Part shown: one piece after another, positions 12,073-21,998 of the stretch
How the letters are laid out: every line of letters begins with the position of its first letter
How positions within the stretch are numbered: position 1 is the first letter of the stretch
NCBI GenBank assembly: GCA_964389015.1
Contig: CAYMCR010000001.1
Coordinates: forward strand, 4,561 to 68,560
Reading direction: 5' to 3'
DNA: 64,000 bases
Origin: an uncultured Fibrobacteraceae bacterium
GTDB lineage: Bacteria > Krumholzibacteriota > Krumholzibacteriia > LZORAL124-64-63
Notes under the pieces: model-generated
What the model was told of the DNA's origin: nothing
Databases searched by the model: none
Seen by the model: the letters and a program-made list of their open reading frames with translations, nothing else
Translations under genes and position numbers: made by a program

Positions 12073-13575
12073 TCACTTCCGGGACCGCGGCGCGGATTTG
12101 CCGAAAACGCGCTTTTCCTTGCGTCTAACGGCCTTTTCCCGCCGGTGAGCGGCCTCATATTCCCAGTCCGAGATGGGGATGCGGGCACTGGAGCGGGCCA
12201 GCATCTCCCGGTAGATGTTCTCGAAGAGGCTGGCCACGGCGCGGTTGACATCCTTCTCGGTTTTGCGCGCCAGCAGGGCCGGCAGGGCGTACAGCCGCAC
12301 CGGCGGTGCGATCCACAGCTCCAGGGGCGACCGGGGCGAACCGCCGGGCTCAGGGGACATGGTGCCGCGGCATAAGATCGGCAAGGCGGGTGCCTTGGTT
12401 CTCTGCATGAGCATGCCCAGCCCGTTGCGTACCGGGCCCGGCTGGCCGAAGACGCGCCGCGTACCCTCGGGATAGAACAGGATGTTCGCGCCCTGGTCGA
12501 GGAAAGACGCCGCCATGTCGAAAGCCGTGCTGTCGTAGATAGACCGCTTGATGGGCACGGCGTCGAGGAAGCGGTACAGGAAGCGCGAGGGCCAGTACCG
12601 GAAGAGTTCCGCCTTGGCCACGGCGCGCAGGGGATAGACGTCCCGTACTCCCGCGCCCAGGAACGGCGGATCCCAATTGCTGATATGGTTGGGAGCCAGG
12701 ATGTGGCCCTGCACCCCGTCCACGAATTCGCGGCCGTAGGTACGCAAGCCGAAGAACTTGCCCAGCGCGCCCATGACGGTGTAGGCAATCCGGTAATTCC
12801 AGGTCATCGATCGCCGTGGCGGCTGCGCGTCTTTTGCAGGGGGTTGCTTGTCCGTGAGTATGCGCAGGACGGCCTCGGTGGTTACCTCCAGCTGCTCGTG
12901 GAGCACCATGTCACTGTTGTCGATCAGGATGGCATCCGGCGAAATGGTCAGCGGACTCTCTTCCCGCTGGCTGTCGCGGCGATCGCGCGCCGTCAATTCC
13001 TGTATAACCTCTTCGCGATCGATCGAGACGCCCCGTCGTTGATGCTGTCGCAGGCGTCGCTCGGCGCGCGCTTCGAGCGTCGCATCCAGATAGATCTTGG
13101 CCGACGCCAGGGGGAAGACGACCGAGCCGATGTCGCGCCCTTCCATCACGACGCCCCGCGCGCGGCCCAGCGTGCGCTGGCGCTCGACCATGCAACTTCT
13201 CACCTCGGCATGTGCGGAGACGGCGGAGACGAGGGATTCCACCGCGGGCGTGCGGATCGCCGCGGAGATGTCGCGACCGTTCCAGGTGACCTGCACTTCG
13301 CCGCGCGTGGTCTCCAGGTGCAGATCCGCTCCTGCGAGCAGCGCGGCGAGCCCGATCGCGTCGTCGACCGCAACGCCCTGCTCGGCGGCGGCCCAAGTCA
13401 GCGCCCGGTACATGGCGCCGCTGTCGACGTAGAGCAGATCGAGATAGTCGGCGAGCGAGCGCGCAGTCGTGGATTTACCCGACCCGGCCGGACCGTCGAT
13501 GGCAATAACCGTATCCGGCGGCACCAGGCGGTTCGACGCGACGTGAGCAGGCGGCCTGGACGGTCCGCCGCTCAA
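12073..13575 (-). CDS. cmk: Fusion protein: cytidylate (CMP) kinase N-terminal domain + 1-acyl-sn-glycerol-3-phosphate acyltransferase (PlsC/LPLAT) C-terminal domain
   Basis: N-terminus IAIDGPAGSGKSTTARSLA...YVDSGAMYRA is the Cmk P-loop and CMP-binding signature (residues ~20-225). After a hydrophobic segment (MTWNYRIAYTVMGALGKFF) come the LPLAT motifs NHISNWD (HX4D) and YPEGTR. The track start is a TTG overlapping the hisC stop. The true start may be a few codons downstream. Confidence 0.8.
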   Translation of the reverse strand: MSGGPSRPPAHVASNRLVPPDTVIAIDGPAGSGKSTTARSLADYLDLLYVDSGAMYRALTWAAAEQGVAVDDAIGLAALLAGADLHLETTRGEVQVTWNGRDISAAIRTPAVESLVSAVSAHAEVRSCMVERQRTLGRARGVVMEGRDIGSVVFPLASAKIYLDATLEARAERRLRQHQRRGVSIDREEVIQELTARDRRDSQREESPLTISPDAILIDNSDMVLHEQLEVTTEAVLRILTDKQPPAKDAQPPRRSMTWNYRIAYTVMGALGKFFGLRTYGREFVDGVQGHILAPNHISNWDPPFLGAGVRDVYPLRAVAKAELFRYWPSRFLYRFLDAVPIKRSIYDSTAFDMAASFLDQGANILFYPEGTRRVFGQPGPVRNGLGMLMQRTKAPALPILCRGTMSPEPGGSPRSPLELWIAPPVRLYALPALLARKTEKDVNRAVASLFENIYREMLARSSARIPISDWEYEAAHRREKAVRRKEKRVFGKSAPRSRK

Positions 13576-14672
13576 GCCAGTATCTCCCGCATGGCTGCAA
13601 TGCAGCGCTGATTCTCTGCCGGTAGTCCGACACTGATGCGAATGGCTCCGTCGCCCAGTCCGAAGGCGCTCATGGGTCGCACGATAACCCCCCGGGTCAG
13701 AAGCTCGCGCGTGAGTTCATTGGCGTTGCCGGGACAGCGCACGAGGATGAAGTTGGTCTGGGAGGGTGTGATCTCCAGCCCCAGGGCTGTCAGTTCCCGC
13801 GAGAGATCCTCCAGCCACTCGCGGTTGCGTGCAGCGCGAGCCCCGGTCTCCTGCTTCTCCTGCAGGACCGCCAACGCGGCCGCCTGCGAGAGCGAGTTGA
13901 CGTTGAAAGGTTCACGCGTCTTATGCAGCTCGGCGATGAGATCGCGATGGGCAACCGCGTAGCCGACCCTGAGTCCCGCCAACGAGTGGATCTTGGAGAA
14001 CGTGCGCGCGATCACCAGATTGGGATGCGCGTCCAGCAGCGGCAATGTCTGGGGGTAGTCCGCGGCGGCCACGTATTCGTAGTAGGCCTCGTCCACCAGG
14101 ACGATCACGTGCTCGGGCACGTCGCGCAGGAAGGCGTCGAATTCCGCGGCCGTGTTGTAGGTGCCGGTGGGGTTGTTGGGATTGCAGACGATCACCAGCT
14201 TGGTGGCGTCGTCCACGGCCGCCGCCATCGCGGGCAGGTCGTGGCGATCCTCCGCATCCAGGGGCACGGCACGGCCGCATTCGAAATGCACGCCACAGGT
14301 CAACGGGTAGACGATGAAACTGGGATGGCCGAACACCACGTTCTCCCCCGGCGAGACGAGCGCCCGGATGAACATGTCGATGACCTCGTTCGAGCCGTTC
14401 CCGAAGATGAGGTTTTCGGGAGCGACGCCCAGGTCGCCGGCGACGCCGCGCGTCAATTCGTAGCAAGACGCGTCGGGATAGCGGTTCAGGTCGAGGGCAG
14501 CACGCTGCACGGCTTCGATCACGGACGGCAACGGCCCTTCCGGGTTCTCGTTGCTGGCCAGTTTCACGACGCTGTCCAGACCCAGTTCGCGTTGCACTTC
14601 ACTGATGGGCTTGCCCGGAGTGTAAGGATGAGTCGCGAGTATCCCCGGCCTGATGAGACTTTTGAAATCCAT
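13572..14672 (-). CDS. hisC: Histidinol-phosphate aminotransferase
   Basis: Start moved to ATG 14670-14672 (MDFKSLIRPGILATHPYTPGKP), which has an AGGAAGG RBS. Class-II aminotransferase motifs are present (NPNNPTG; TFSKIHSLAGLRVGY with the PLP lysine). About 366 aa, typical for HisC. Confidence 0.85.
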   Translation of the reverse strand: MDFKSLIRPGILATHPYTPGKPISEVQRELGLDSVVKLASNENPEGPLPSVIEAVQRAALDLNRYPDASCYELTRGVAGDLGVAPENLIFGNGSNEVIDMFIRALVSPGENVVFGHPSFIVYPLTCGVHFECGRAVPLDAEDRHDLPAMAAAVDDATKLVIVCNPNNPTGTYNTAAEFDAFLRDVPEHVIVLVDEAYYEYVAAADYPQTLPLLDAHPNLVIARTFSKIHSLAGLRVGYAVAHRDLIAELHKTREPFNVNSLSQAAALAVLQEKQETGARAARNREWLEDLSRELTALGLEITPSQTNFILVRCPGNANELTRELLTRGVIVRPMSAFGLGDGAIRISVGLPAENQRCIAAMREILA

Positions 14673-14703
14673 GACGCCTTCCTTGCTGTTCGATGGCCCC
14701 TGC

Positions 14704-15456
14704 TCAGTCCTGTAACCCGGCGCAACGCGCGATGGTTGCCGCTTCACCCGCCTCCAGTTCACGGAATTCTCCCACCTGTAGATCGCCCAGGTCGATTTCG
14801 CCGACGGTTGTACGATGCAGCGTCGCGACTCTGGCGCCCACGGCCCGGAACATACGCCGCACCTGGCGATTGCGACCCTCGCGCAGGGACATGCGCCAAC
14901 GACGTCCGTCGCGCCCCAGGAGCGACAATCTTGCCGGTAGACAGGGTCGCCCGTCCAGGGAGATTTCACCGTCGCGAAGCGGAGACAGCGCGGCCTCCCG
15001 GAGCGGCGCGGTCAGCACGACTTCGTAGGTCTTCCAGACCTCGCTGCGAGGACGGCAGAGCGCCTGGTGCAGGTCCCCGTCGTCAGTCCAAATGAGCAAC
15101 CCGCTGGTGTCCGCGTCAAGGCGCCCGACGGGCACCGCGCCGGGCGGCAGGTCGTAGCGATCGGCATAGATGTCGAGGCACGGTGTGCGCCCCTGCGGGC
15201 GCAGGGAGGAGATCACGCCGACGGGCTTGTGGAAGGCGAAGATCCGCCACCGCTCGGGCCAGGACACGCGTTGGTCGTCGACCGTGACCTCGTCGCGGAC
15301 CGGGTCGATGCGCCTGCCCAACTCGTCAGTCACTTTGCCATTTACGCCGACGCGTCCCGCGCGGATCAACGTCTCGACGGCGCGTCGGGAGCCGAGACCG
15401 GCACGCGCCAAGAAGCGGTTGAGACGAGGTAGGGCGGGCTCAGACCGCCGATTCAT
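14704..15456 (-). CDS. rluB: rRNA pseudouridine synthase, RsuA/RluB family (S4 domain + catalytic domain)
   Basis: S4 RNA-binding N-terminus LNRFLARAGLGSRRAVETLIRAGRVGVNGK. Catalytic aspartate motif VGRLDADTSGLLIWTDDG. Confidence 0.8.
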   Translation of the reverse strand: MNRRSEPALPRLNRFLARAGLGSRRAVETLIRAGRVGVNGKVTDELGRRIDPVRDEVTVDDQRVSWPERWRIFAFHKPVGVISSLRPQGRTPCLDIYADRYDLPPGAVPVGRLDADTSGLLIWTDDGDLHQALCRPRSEVWKTYEVVLTAPLREAALSPLRDGEISLDGRPCLPARLSLLGRDGRRWRMSLREGRNRQVRRMFRAVGARVATLHRTTVGEIDLGDLQVGEFRELEAGEAATIARCAGLQD

Positions 15457-16156
15457 CCGGCAGCTCTTCGTCGTGGGAGTTCAGGTCGGCATCCGGCGTC
15501 GCGTCCTCCTGCGGCTGGTCCGCGGCAGGTTCCTCGTGTTGCACGACCACGATCTCGTCGCCGTGGACGGCCACCGTCTCGAAATCCTCGTCGGAGACGT
15601 CCTCGCCCAGTTGCGCGGCGAACTTCTGGATCTCCTCGCGATTGTTGATGATGCCTTCCAGTTCGGGCAGCGCGGGCAGCTGGTGGAGCCCCTTCAGTCC
15701 CATGTAGTTGAGAAACTCGCGAGTGGTGCCGTAGAGGATGGGGTTGCCGATGGCCTCGGAGCGGCCGGCGACCGTGATCAGGCTGCGCTCCGTCAGGGTC
15801 GAGAGAACCCCGCTGACCTGCACGCCGCGGATGTCCTCGATATCCAGGCGCATAACCGGTTGCCGGTAGGCGATGATCGCCAGCACTTCGAGGGCGGCCT
15901 GGGAGAGGCGAATGTAGCGGCGGCCCCGGTAGAGCTTCTGGATCAGGGGTGCATACTCCGGGCGTGAGGCGAGTTGCCAGCCACCGCCGAACTCGACGAT
16001 GGTGAAGGCCCTGTGCTGCGCTTCGTAGTCGGCGTTGAGGGCGTCGATGGCCTCGCGAAGGATCTTGGTGTCACTGACGTCGAAGATGGCACGCAGACGG
16101 GCCGTGGTCAGTGGCGTGTCGGTGGCGAACAAGAGGGCTTCCAGATCCTGCTTCAA
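15440..16156 (-). CDS. scpB: Segregation and condensation protein B
   Basis: LEALLFATDTPLTTARL...QLASRPEYAPLI...SQAALEVLAIIAYRQPV..RLDIEDIRGV matches the ScpB winged-helix pattern. Acidic C-terminus. 4-nt overlap with scpA. Confidence 0.85.
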   Translation of the reverse strand: MKQDLEALLFATDTPLTTARLRAIFDVSDTKILREAIDALNADYEAQHRAFTIVEFGGGWQLASRPEYAPLIQKLYRGRRYIRLSQAALEVLAIIAYRQPVMRLDIEDIRGVQVSGVLSTLTERSLITVAGRSEAIGNPILYGTTREFLNYMGLKGLHQLPALPELEGIINNREEIQKFAAQLGEDVSDEDFETVAVHGDEIVVVQHEEPAADQPQEDATPDADLNSHDEELPDESAV

Positions 16157-17004
16157 GAGTCCATCCCTCCCCCGGCCGCGGCGGCGGCCAGCTTACCGGC
16201 GTTGCGTACCCAGATGGGTCCGTTGATCTCGGTCTGGAGGATCTGCAACGTGCCGCGCTTGGCCAGCTCCAGGATGGCCATGAAGGTGACGACGACTTCC
16301 ATCTTGATGTGATCGTCCTTGAAGAGTTCGTCGAAGCGGACCGTGTCCCCCGCGGCCAGGCGCGAACGGATGAGCTTGACCTTCTCGGTGACGGTGAAGA
16401 CCTCGCGCGTGACGCTGTGCACCGCCTCCTTAGTGACCCGGTCGAACACCTGCGAGAGTGCGGTCAACAGCTCGTACATGTTCAAGCGCAGCGGCAGCGG
16501 CTCGGTGCTCTCCTTGAGGAAGGGATACCGCTGCTCGCGCACATGGAGGCGGCTACGTGCGCGTTCCTGCTCCTGCAGGCACTGGGCCATCTCCTTGAAA
16601 CGCTTGTACTCGAGCAGGCGGCGCACCAGCTCGGCGCGCGGGTCCTCCTCGTCGATCTCGTCGTCGTGGAGATGGGTCGGCAGCAGCAGGCGCGACTTGA
16701 TGCGCAGGAGGGTGGCGGCCACGACGATGAAATCGCCGGCCATGTCCAGCGACAGCGCCTTGATGACCTCGAGATAACCGAGGTACTGCTTGGTTATGTC
16801 GGCGATCGGTATGTCGTAGATGTCGATCTCGTCCTTCTGGATCAGAAAGAGCAGCAGATCGAGCGGGCCCTGGTAATCGGGCAGGGCGATGTCGTAGGCC
16901 TCGCTGGTCTGGAAGTACTCCAGCTCGGGCGGCAGGTCCCAGGATATGATGCGTCCGCCGTTGGTGGCGGGCGTGGGTGTGATGTCAGACGTGGGCTCGC
17001 TCAA
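16153..17004 (-). CDS. scpA: Segregation and condensation protein A (kleisin)
   Basis: [36 protein letters not shown] is the ScpA N-terminal signature. The scpA-scpB pair is adjacent. Confidence 0.85.
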   Translation of the reverse strand: [283 protein letters not shown]

Positions 17005-17016
17005 GACAGCTCCTTG

Positions 17017-18001
17017 TCAACCGACCTGCATGACGTCGTGTATCCGTTCCAGGGTGTCGCGGGCTTTCGCGCGGGCGCGTTCGCAACCGGCGGCGATGAT
17101 CTCGTCGATCCGCGACTCGTCTTCGGCGTAGCCGGCGCGGCGTTCCCGCAGGGGCTCGAAATGGGCGATGGCGCCTTCGGCCAGACGCAGCTTGCAGTCC
17201 ACACAGCCGCGCGCGGCGCTGCGGCATTCCTGCGCCGTCACCTCGACCTCCTCGGGTATGAACTTCTGGAAATAGGTGTAGATGGCGCACACGTCGGGAT
17301 TGCCGGGATCGCTTCGGCGCAGCCGCTGGGGATCGGTGAAGGCCGTCTTGAGGGAGGCGTGGATCTCGTCCGCAGAGGCCGCCAGTTCCACCGTGTTGCC
17401 CAGGGATTTGCTCATGCGCTTGCCGTCGGTACCGGGGAAGCGCCCGAACTTGGTGACGAGGGCTTCGGGCTCGGGGAAGAACTCGCCGAAGTGATGGTTG
17501 AAGCGCCGGGCGATCTCGCGTGTCAGCTCCAGGTGCGGCAGCTGGTCCTCGCCCACCGGCACGGCGTCGGCCCGGTAGGCCAGGATATCCGCCGCCTGCA
17601 GCACCGGGTAGCCCAGATGTCCGAAGCTGATCTCCCCCGCGAGGTTCAGGTCGCGCACCTGTTCCTTGAAGGTGGGATTGCGTTCCAGGCGGCCCAGGGA
17701 GATGAGCATGCAGAACAGCAGGTAGAGCTCGGCGTGCTCCTTCACGGCGGATTGGACGAAGATGACCGAGCGGTCCGGATCAAGACCGGCGCCCAGCCAG
17801 TCCAACACCATCTCGCGTGTGTTCGAGCGGATCTCCCCCGCCTTGTCCAGGGCGGTGGTCAGCACGTGCCAGTCGGCGACCATGAAATGGCAATCGTAGT
17901 CGTCCTGGAGCTTGATCCAGTTTTCCAGCGCGCCGGTGTAGTTGCCCCAGTGCAGGCGACCGGTGGGTCGGTTGCCGCTGAGTATGATCTTCTTCGTCAA
18001 G
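17017..18001 (-). CDS. trpS: Tryptophan--tRNA ligase
   Basis: Class-I aaRS motifs: GNRPTGRLHWGNYTG (HIGH-like) and KMSKSLGN. I moved the start from the track's 18087 to a TTG at 17999-18001 (LTKKIILSG), which is preceded by AAGGAA. This gives ~328 aa, the typical TrpS length. Start site is uncertain. Confidence 0.9.
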
Positions 18002-18109
18002 GGACGTTCCTTTGCGTGTCGTGAGAGGCCTCGTGCCCGGTCTAGCGCGTGTGAGCCGATCGCCAACGTTACCATCGGTGCCGGCATCTGTCAAAGCTCA
18101 GCGACGAGT

Positions 18110-19015
18110 TCAGCGACGACGGGCACGCGGATGGGCATTGCGATAAGCCTCGGCCAGGAAGGACCGGTCCACGTGGGTGTATATCTCCGTGGTGGAAATG
18201 GCCGTGTGTCCCAGCAACTCCTGCACTACGCGCAGGTCGGCGCCTCCCTCGAGCAGGTGCGTGGCGTAGGTATGACGCAGCGTGTGCGGCGTCACCTCGG
18301 CGGCCACGTCCGCGGCGCGGGACGCCTTCTTGACGAGAGACCAGACCGAGACGCGGGAAAGACGGCCGCCGCGCCGGTTCACGAAAAGTGCCGGACAGCG
18401 GTGTTTGCCCAACAACAGCGACCGGCCCTCGGCGAGATAGTCCCGCACGGCACGGAGCGCCGGCGCGCCCACGGGCACGATGCGCTCCTTGGCGCCCTTG
18501 CCGCGCACCAGCAGCGAGGAGCCGCGTTGGTCGAGGTCCGGAGGATCCAGGCCGCACAGTTCGCTCACGCGCAGACCACATCCGTAGAGCACTTCCAGGA
18601 TCGCCCGGTCGCGTGCGCCAGCCGGCCGCGCGGAATCTGGCACGGCGAGCAGACGATCGATCTGCCCCGCGGACAGCACCACCGGGAGCTTGCGTCCGAC
18701 CCGAGGCGAGAGCAGGGTGAGGGTCGGGTCCTGTTGGGCCAGCCCCTCCACCGTGAGAAAGCGATGGAAGGAACGCAGTGTGGAAATGAGCCTGGCTCGC
18801 GAGCGTGGCCCCAGGCGGTCGGCGCTGGCGAGCAGATAGGCCCGCAATTCCTGCGGTCCCGCGGTCGCCGGATCCGACAGACCCTGCGCCTCCGCCCAGC
18901 CGCGCCAGCCCTGGAGGTCGCGGGCGTAGGCCTCCAGGCTGTTGGCGGCCAGGCCCTGTTCCGCGGCGGCGTGCGACAGATAGGCGCCGATGGCCGTATC
19001 CCAGCGCGCGCTCAT
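18110..19015 (-). CDS. xerD: Tyrosine recombinase XerD-like
   Basis: Phage-integrase/Xer catalytic residues present: R (ARDRAILEVLYGCGLRVSEL), HTLRHTYATHLLEGGADLRVVQELLGH, and Y (TEIYTH). 301 aa. Confidence 0.8.
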   Translation of the reverse strand: MSARWDTAIGAYLSHAAAEQGLAANSLEAYARDLQGWRGWAEAQGLSDPATAGPQELRAYLLASADRLGPRSRARLISTLRSFHRFLTVEGLAQQDPTLTLLSPRVGRKLPVVLSAGQIDRLLAVPDSARPAGARDRAILEVLYGCGLRVSELCGLDPPDLDQRGSSLLVRGKGAKERIVPVGAPALRAVRDYLAEGRSLLLGKHRCPALFVNRRGGRLSRVSVWSLVKKASRAADVAAEVTPHTLRHTYATHLLEGGADLRVVQELLGHTAISTTEIYTHVDRSFLAEAYRNAHPRARRR

Positions 19016-20874
19016 CGGTGCCGGTCCTGCTCGGCGGCGAAGAAGGCGATGATGCGCTCCACATCGCCGCCGTGGATACCCCTGACCTTGCCGAGCTCAT
19101 CGGCGCCGGCGGCGCGGATCGCGTCCAGCGAATCGAAATGGTGCAGGAGCGTTAGTTTCTTGACCCGGCCGATACCGGGGATGAGGTCCAGAACCGAATC
19201 CTGCACGCTGCGGGAACGCAGCAGACGGTGGTAGGTGATGGCGAAGCGATGCGCCTCGTCGCGAACCCGCTGCAGCAGTTGCAGGGCGGGACTGGAGTGC
19301 GGCAGGCGGACCGGCGGCAGACCCCGTTCCCGGTGGATGACCTCTTCCCGCTTCGCCAGTCCCACCAGTTCGACTTCGTGCAGGCCGAGCGCGGTCAACG
19401 ACTCGCGCGCGGCCGAGAGCTGCCCGACGCCGCCGTCGACCATGACCAGGTCCGCCGGCGGCGAAGCCTTGTCCAGTAATCGGCGATAATAACGTGTCAG
19501 GACCTCTCGCATGGAGGCGAAGTCGTCGCTGCCCTGGACCGTGCGGATGCGAAAGCGCCGGTAACGCGACTTGAGCGGGCGCCCGTTCTTGAAGAAAACG
19601 AGGGAAGCCACCGTTTCCCGACCCTGCAGGGTGGAAATGTCGAAACACTCGATGGTTTCCGGCACCTTGCGCAGGTCGAGGGCGTCCTGCAGGGCCAGGG
19701 CGCGGCCTGGCGCGACGCGACGGACCCTTGTCTGATCCCGGAGCCGGCGTTCGTTCAGCTTGTAGGCCGCATTGGCCAGTGCCATGTCCACGGACTCCTT
19801 GCGCGGCCCGCGACGCGGCTTCACGATCACCACCGGTCGCCCGCGCAGCTCGCTCAGGCGCTCGCACCATTGCTCCTTGTCGGGCAAGTCGTGCGAGACC
19901 AGCAGGATGGGCGGCAGATCGCCGGCGCGCGGGTAGTATTCCCGGCACAGCTGAGACAGGAAGGCGGGGGTATCGCTTTCGAGCCGGTCTTCGAGCAGGA
20001 AGTGATGGCTCGTCATGATCTTCCCCCCGCGGATTCGCAACACCACGCCGCACCCGGTGGCCCCGTCGCGGACGACTCCGCAGGCGTCCAGGTCCCCGGT
20101 CAGTCCGTAGACGCGACCCACGCCGTCGAGGGCGGTTTCCAGCAGGGCGAGGCGATCCCGGACCTTGGCCGCGTCCTCGTAGTGTCGCCCTGCGGACAGG
20201 GTGGACATCTCGGCGCGCAGTTCGTCGAGCAGGCCCTTCTCCCGGCCCGCGAGAAAGCGGACCAGCGCGCGGACCCTGCGGTCGTAGACGGCCTGCGTGT
20301 CGTAGTCGACGCAGGGAGCGCTGCAGCGCCCGATCTGCCAGTCCAGGCAGGGGCGCGGGACGGTCTGTTCGGGCAGGTCGAGGTGGCAGGTTCGTACCTG
20401 GAAGACGCGCAGGGCGTGCTTGAGCGTCTCGCGCATGGCCTTGACATTGGTGTAGGGGCCGAAGTAGCGGGCGCCGTCGTCGGCGATCCTCCGCACTACC
20501 TCCACGCGGGGCATGGGTTCCTGCAAGGTGATGCGCAGGTAGGGATAGCGCTTGTCGTCCTTGAGCCTGATGTTGTAGCGGGGACGATATTCCTTGATCA
20601 ACTGGTCCTCGAGAACCAGCGCCTCCGCCTCGTTGGCCGTCGTGATGTAGTCCACGTCGGCGATGCGCTTGACGAGTTGTTCGGTCTTGGGGTCGTGATC
20701 TCCGGCGCGCTGGAAATAGGAGGCGACACGCAGGTGCAGACGAGCAGCCTTACCCACGTATATGACCTTGCCGTGCTTGTCCTTGTGCAGGTAGACACCC
20801 GGTGCGTCCGGGAGCAAATGGAGCTTGCGGGCCAGGTCGGAGCCGCCGCTTTTTTGCCGGGGGTGACTTGACAT
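19012..20874 (-). CDS. uvrC: Excinuclease ABC subunit C
   Basis: N-terminal GIY-YIG motif (PGVYLHKDKHGKVIYVGKAARL). Central UvrC domain. C-terminal RNaseH-like and HhH region. 620 aa. Confidence 0.95.
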   Translation of the reverse strand: MSSHPRQKSGGSDLARKLHLLPDAPGVYLHKDKHGKVIYVGKAARLHLRVASYFQRAGDHDPKTEQLVKRIADVDYITTANEAEALVLEDQLIKEYRPRYNIRLKDDKRYPYLRITLQEPMPRVEVVRRIADDGARYFGPYTNVKAMRETLKHALRVFQVRTCHLDLPEQTVPRPCLDWQIGRCSAPCVDYDTQAVYDRRVRALVRFLAGREKGLLDELRAEMSTLSAGRHYEDAAKVRDRLALLETALDGVGRVYGLTGDLDACGVVRDGATGCGVVLRIRGGKIMTSHHFLLEDRLESDTPAFLSQLCREYYPRAGDLPPILLVSHDLPDKEQWCERLSELRGRPVVIVKPRRGPRKESVDMALANAAYKLNERRLRDQTRVRRVAPGRALALQDALDLRKVPETIECFDISTLQGRETVASLVFFKNGRPLKSRYRRFRIRTVQGSDDFASMREVLTRYYRRLLDKASPPADLVMVDGGVGQLSAARESLTALGLHEVELVGLAKREEVIHRERGLPPVRLPHSSPALQLLQRVRDEAHRFAITYHRLLRSRSVQDSVLDLIPGIGRVKKLTLLHHFDSLDAIRAAGADELGKVRGIHGGDVERIIAFFAAEQDRHR

Positions 20875-20896
20875 CTCGATGTACCCCTGCTAGTTT
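20868..20896 (+). promoter_or_regulatory. Candidate sigma70 promoter for rpsT (-35 TTGACA, 17-nt spacer, -10 TAGTTT), overlapping the divergent uvrC start
   Basis: Perfect TTGACA at 20868-20873. TAGTTT at 20891-20896 satisfies TAnnnT. The GAAGGAGG RBS and GTG start of rpsT follow about 30 nt downstream. Confidence 0.35.
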
Positions 20897-20925
20897 GCCT
20901 CGGTTGCACTGAAGGAGGTCACGAC

Positions 20926-21177
20926 GTGCCGCATAACAAGAGTTGTAAGAAGCGCATGAAGACCAGCGGCGAGCGTCGCCTGTCCAACCGCGATAACCGC
21001 ACCGAGATGAGAGGCGCCATCAAGCGCTTCAAGGCTCTCGCCGCAACCGAGGAAAAGACGCCCGAGGCGTTGAGCGCCATCTACAGCGTGCTCGATACCC
21101 AGGCGCGCAAGGGAGTCATTCCCAAGTCGCGCGCGTCCCGCCTCAAGTCCCGCTTGACCGCTCTCTACGCCAAGTAG
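20926..21177 (+). CDS. rpsT: 30S ribosomal protein S20
   Basis: 83 aa, basic: MPHNKSCKKRMKTSGERRLSNRDNRTEMRGAIKRFKA... GTG start with a GAAGGAGG RBS. Confidence 0.9.
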   Translation: MPHNKSCKKRMKTSGERRLSNRDNRTEMRGAIKRFKALAATEEKTPEALSAIYSVLDTQARKGVIPKSRASRLKSRLTALYAK

Positions 21178-21229
21178 GATTCCGCAGGACCCGGGTCGGC
21201 CGCGGCTATCGACATGTGCTCACGAATCA

Positions 21230-21263
21230 GGGGTCGCCACCGAGGCGGCCCCTTCTCGTTTTT
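21230..21263 (+). terminator. Rho-independent terminator after rpsT (also abuts the convergent dapB stop)
   Basis: Stem GGGGUCGCC / GGCGGCCCC (one G.U pair), 5-nt loop (ACCGA), then UUCUCGUUUUU. Confidence 0.55.
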
Positions 21264-21997
21264 CAGCCGCCGCTCGCCAGGATGTCAGCCAAGGCGTACA
21301 GACCGGATTTGCCCTGGGCCGCGAAACGTACCGCCGGCACGATGCCACGCAGGAAGGCCCGACGCGAATGTGCGCGGTGGGTCAACACCAGGGTCTCCTC
21401 GTCGTCGCTGAATGTCCAGCTGTGCTCGCCGGTCACGCCACCCACGCGCACGCTGTGCGTGGTGACCGGACCCTCGCCGCGTTTCGCCTCCCACGCCAGG
21501 GCGAGGCTCCGGGCCGTGCCGCTGGGTTTGTCGAGCTTGTGGCGATGATGAGTCTCGATCTGCTCCGGCATGAAACCCGCGGGCAGGATGGCGGCCAGCT
21601 GCTCCAGTACCAGTTTCAGGACGGGAATGCCGATGCTGAAGTTGCTGGCCAGCACGACCGGCCGCTCGGCGGCGTAACGGCGCAACAGCTCCATCTGTGC
21701 TTCGTCGTGGCCGGTGGTACCGATCACCAGCGGGGCCGCCGTGGCTGCACCTCCGCTCAACAGTCCCCCCAGAGCCGGTGACAGGGTAAAGTCGACGATC
21801 ACGCCGCCCCGGGGATGAACGTCGGACAGCCGGTCCTGCGGCGACAGGGGCAGGCGCGGATGGAAGTCGCCCGCGGGCCTGTCGCGGCCCACTTCCGTCA
21901 CCAGGGCGCTCAAGGCAAGATCGTCGGTCGATTCGATCAGATCTGTGACCAATCGCCCCATGCGTCCTTCGGCGCCGTGTACCGTGACCTGTATCAT
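21263..21997 (-). CDS. dapB: 4-hydroxy-tetrahydrodipicolinate reductase
   Basis: N-terminal Rossmann VTVHGAEGRMGRLV. DapB C-terminal domain motifs (HHRHKLDKPSGTA). Confidence 0.85.
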   Translation of the reverse strand: MIQVTVHGAEGRMGRLVTDLIESTDDLALSALVTEVGRDRPAGDFHPRLPLSPQDRLSDVHPRGGVIVDFTLSPALGGLLSGGAATAAPLVIGTTGHDEAQMELLRRYAAERPVVLASNFSIGIPVLKLVLEQLAAILPAGFMPEQIETHHRHKLDKPSGTARSLALAWEAKRGEGPVTTHSVRVGGVTGEHSWTFSDDEETLVLTHRAHSRRAFLRGIVPAVRFAAQGKSGLYALADILASGG

Positions 21998-21998
21998 C

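Noticed and set aside
16111-19234. Plus-strand ORFs 16111..18024 (637 aa) and 17942..19234 (430 aa) across scpA/trpS/xerD
   Set aside because: They are antisense to four clearly recognisable minus-strand genes and have no domain content. This is a GC-skewed codon artefact.
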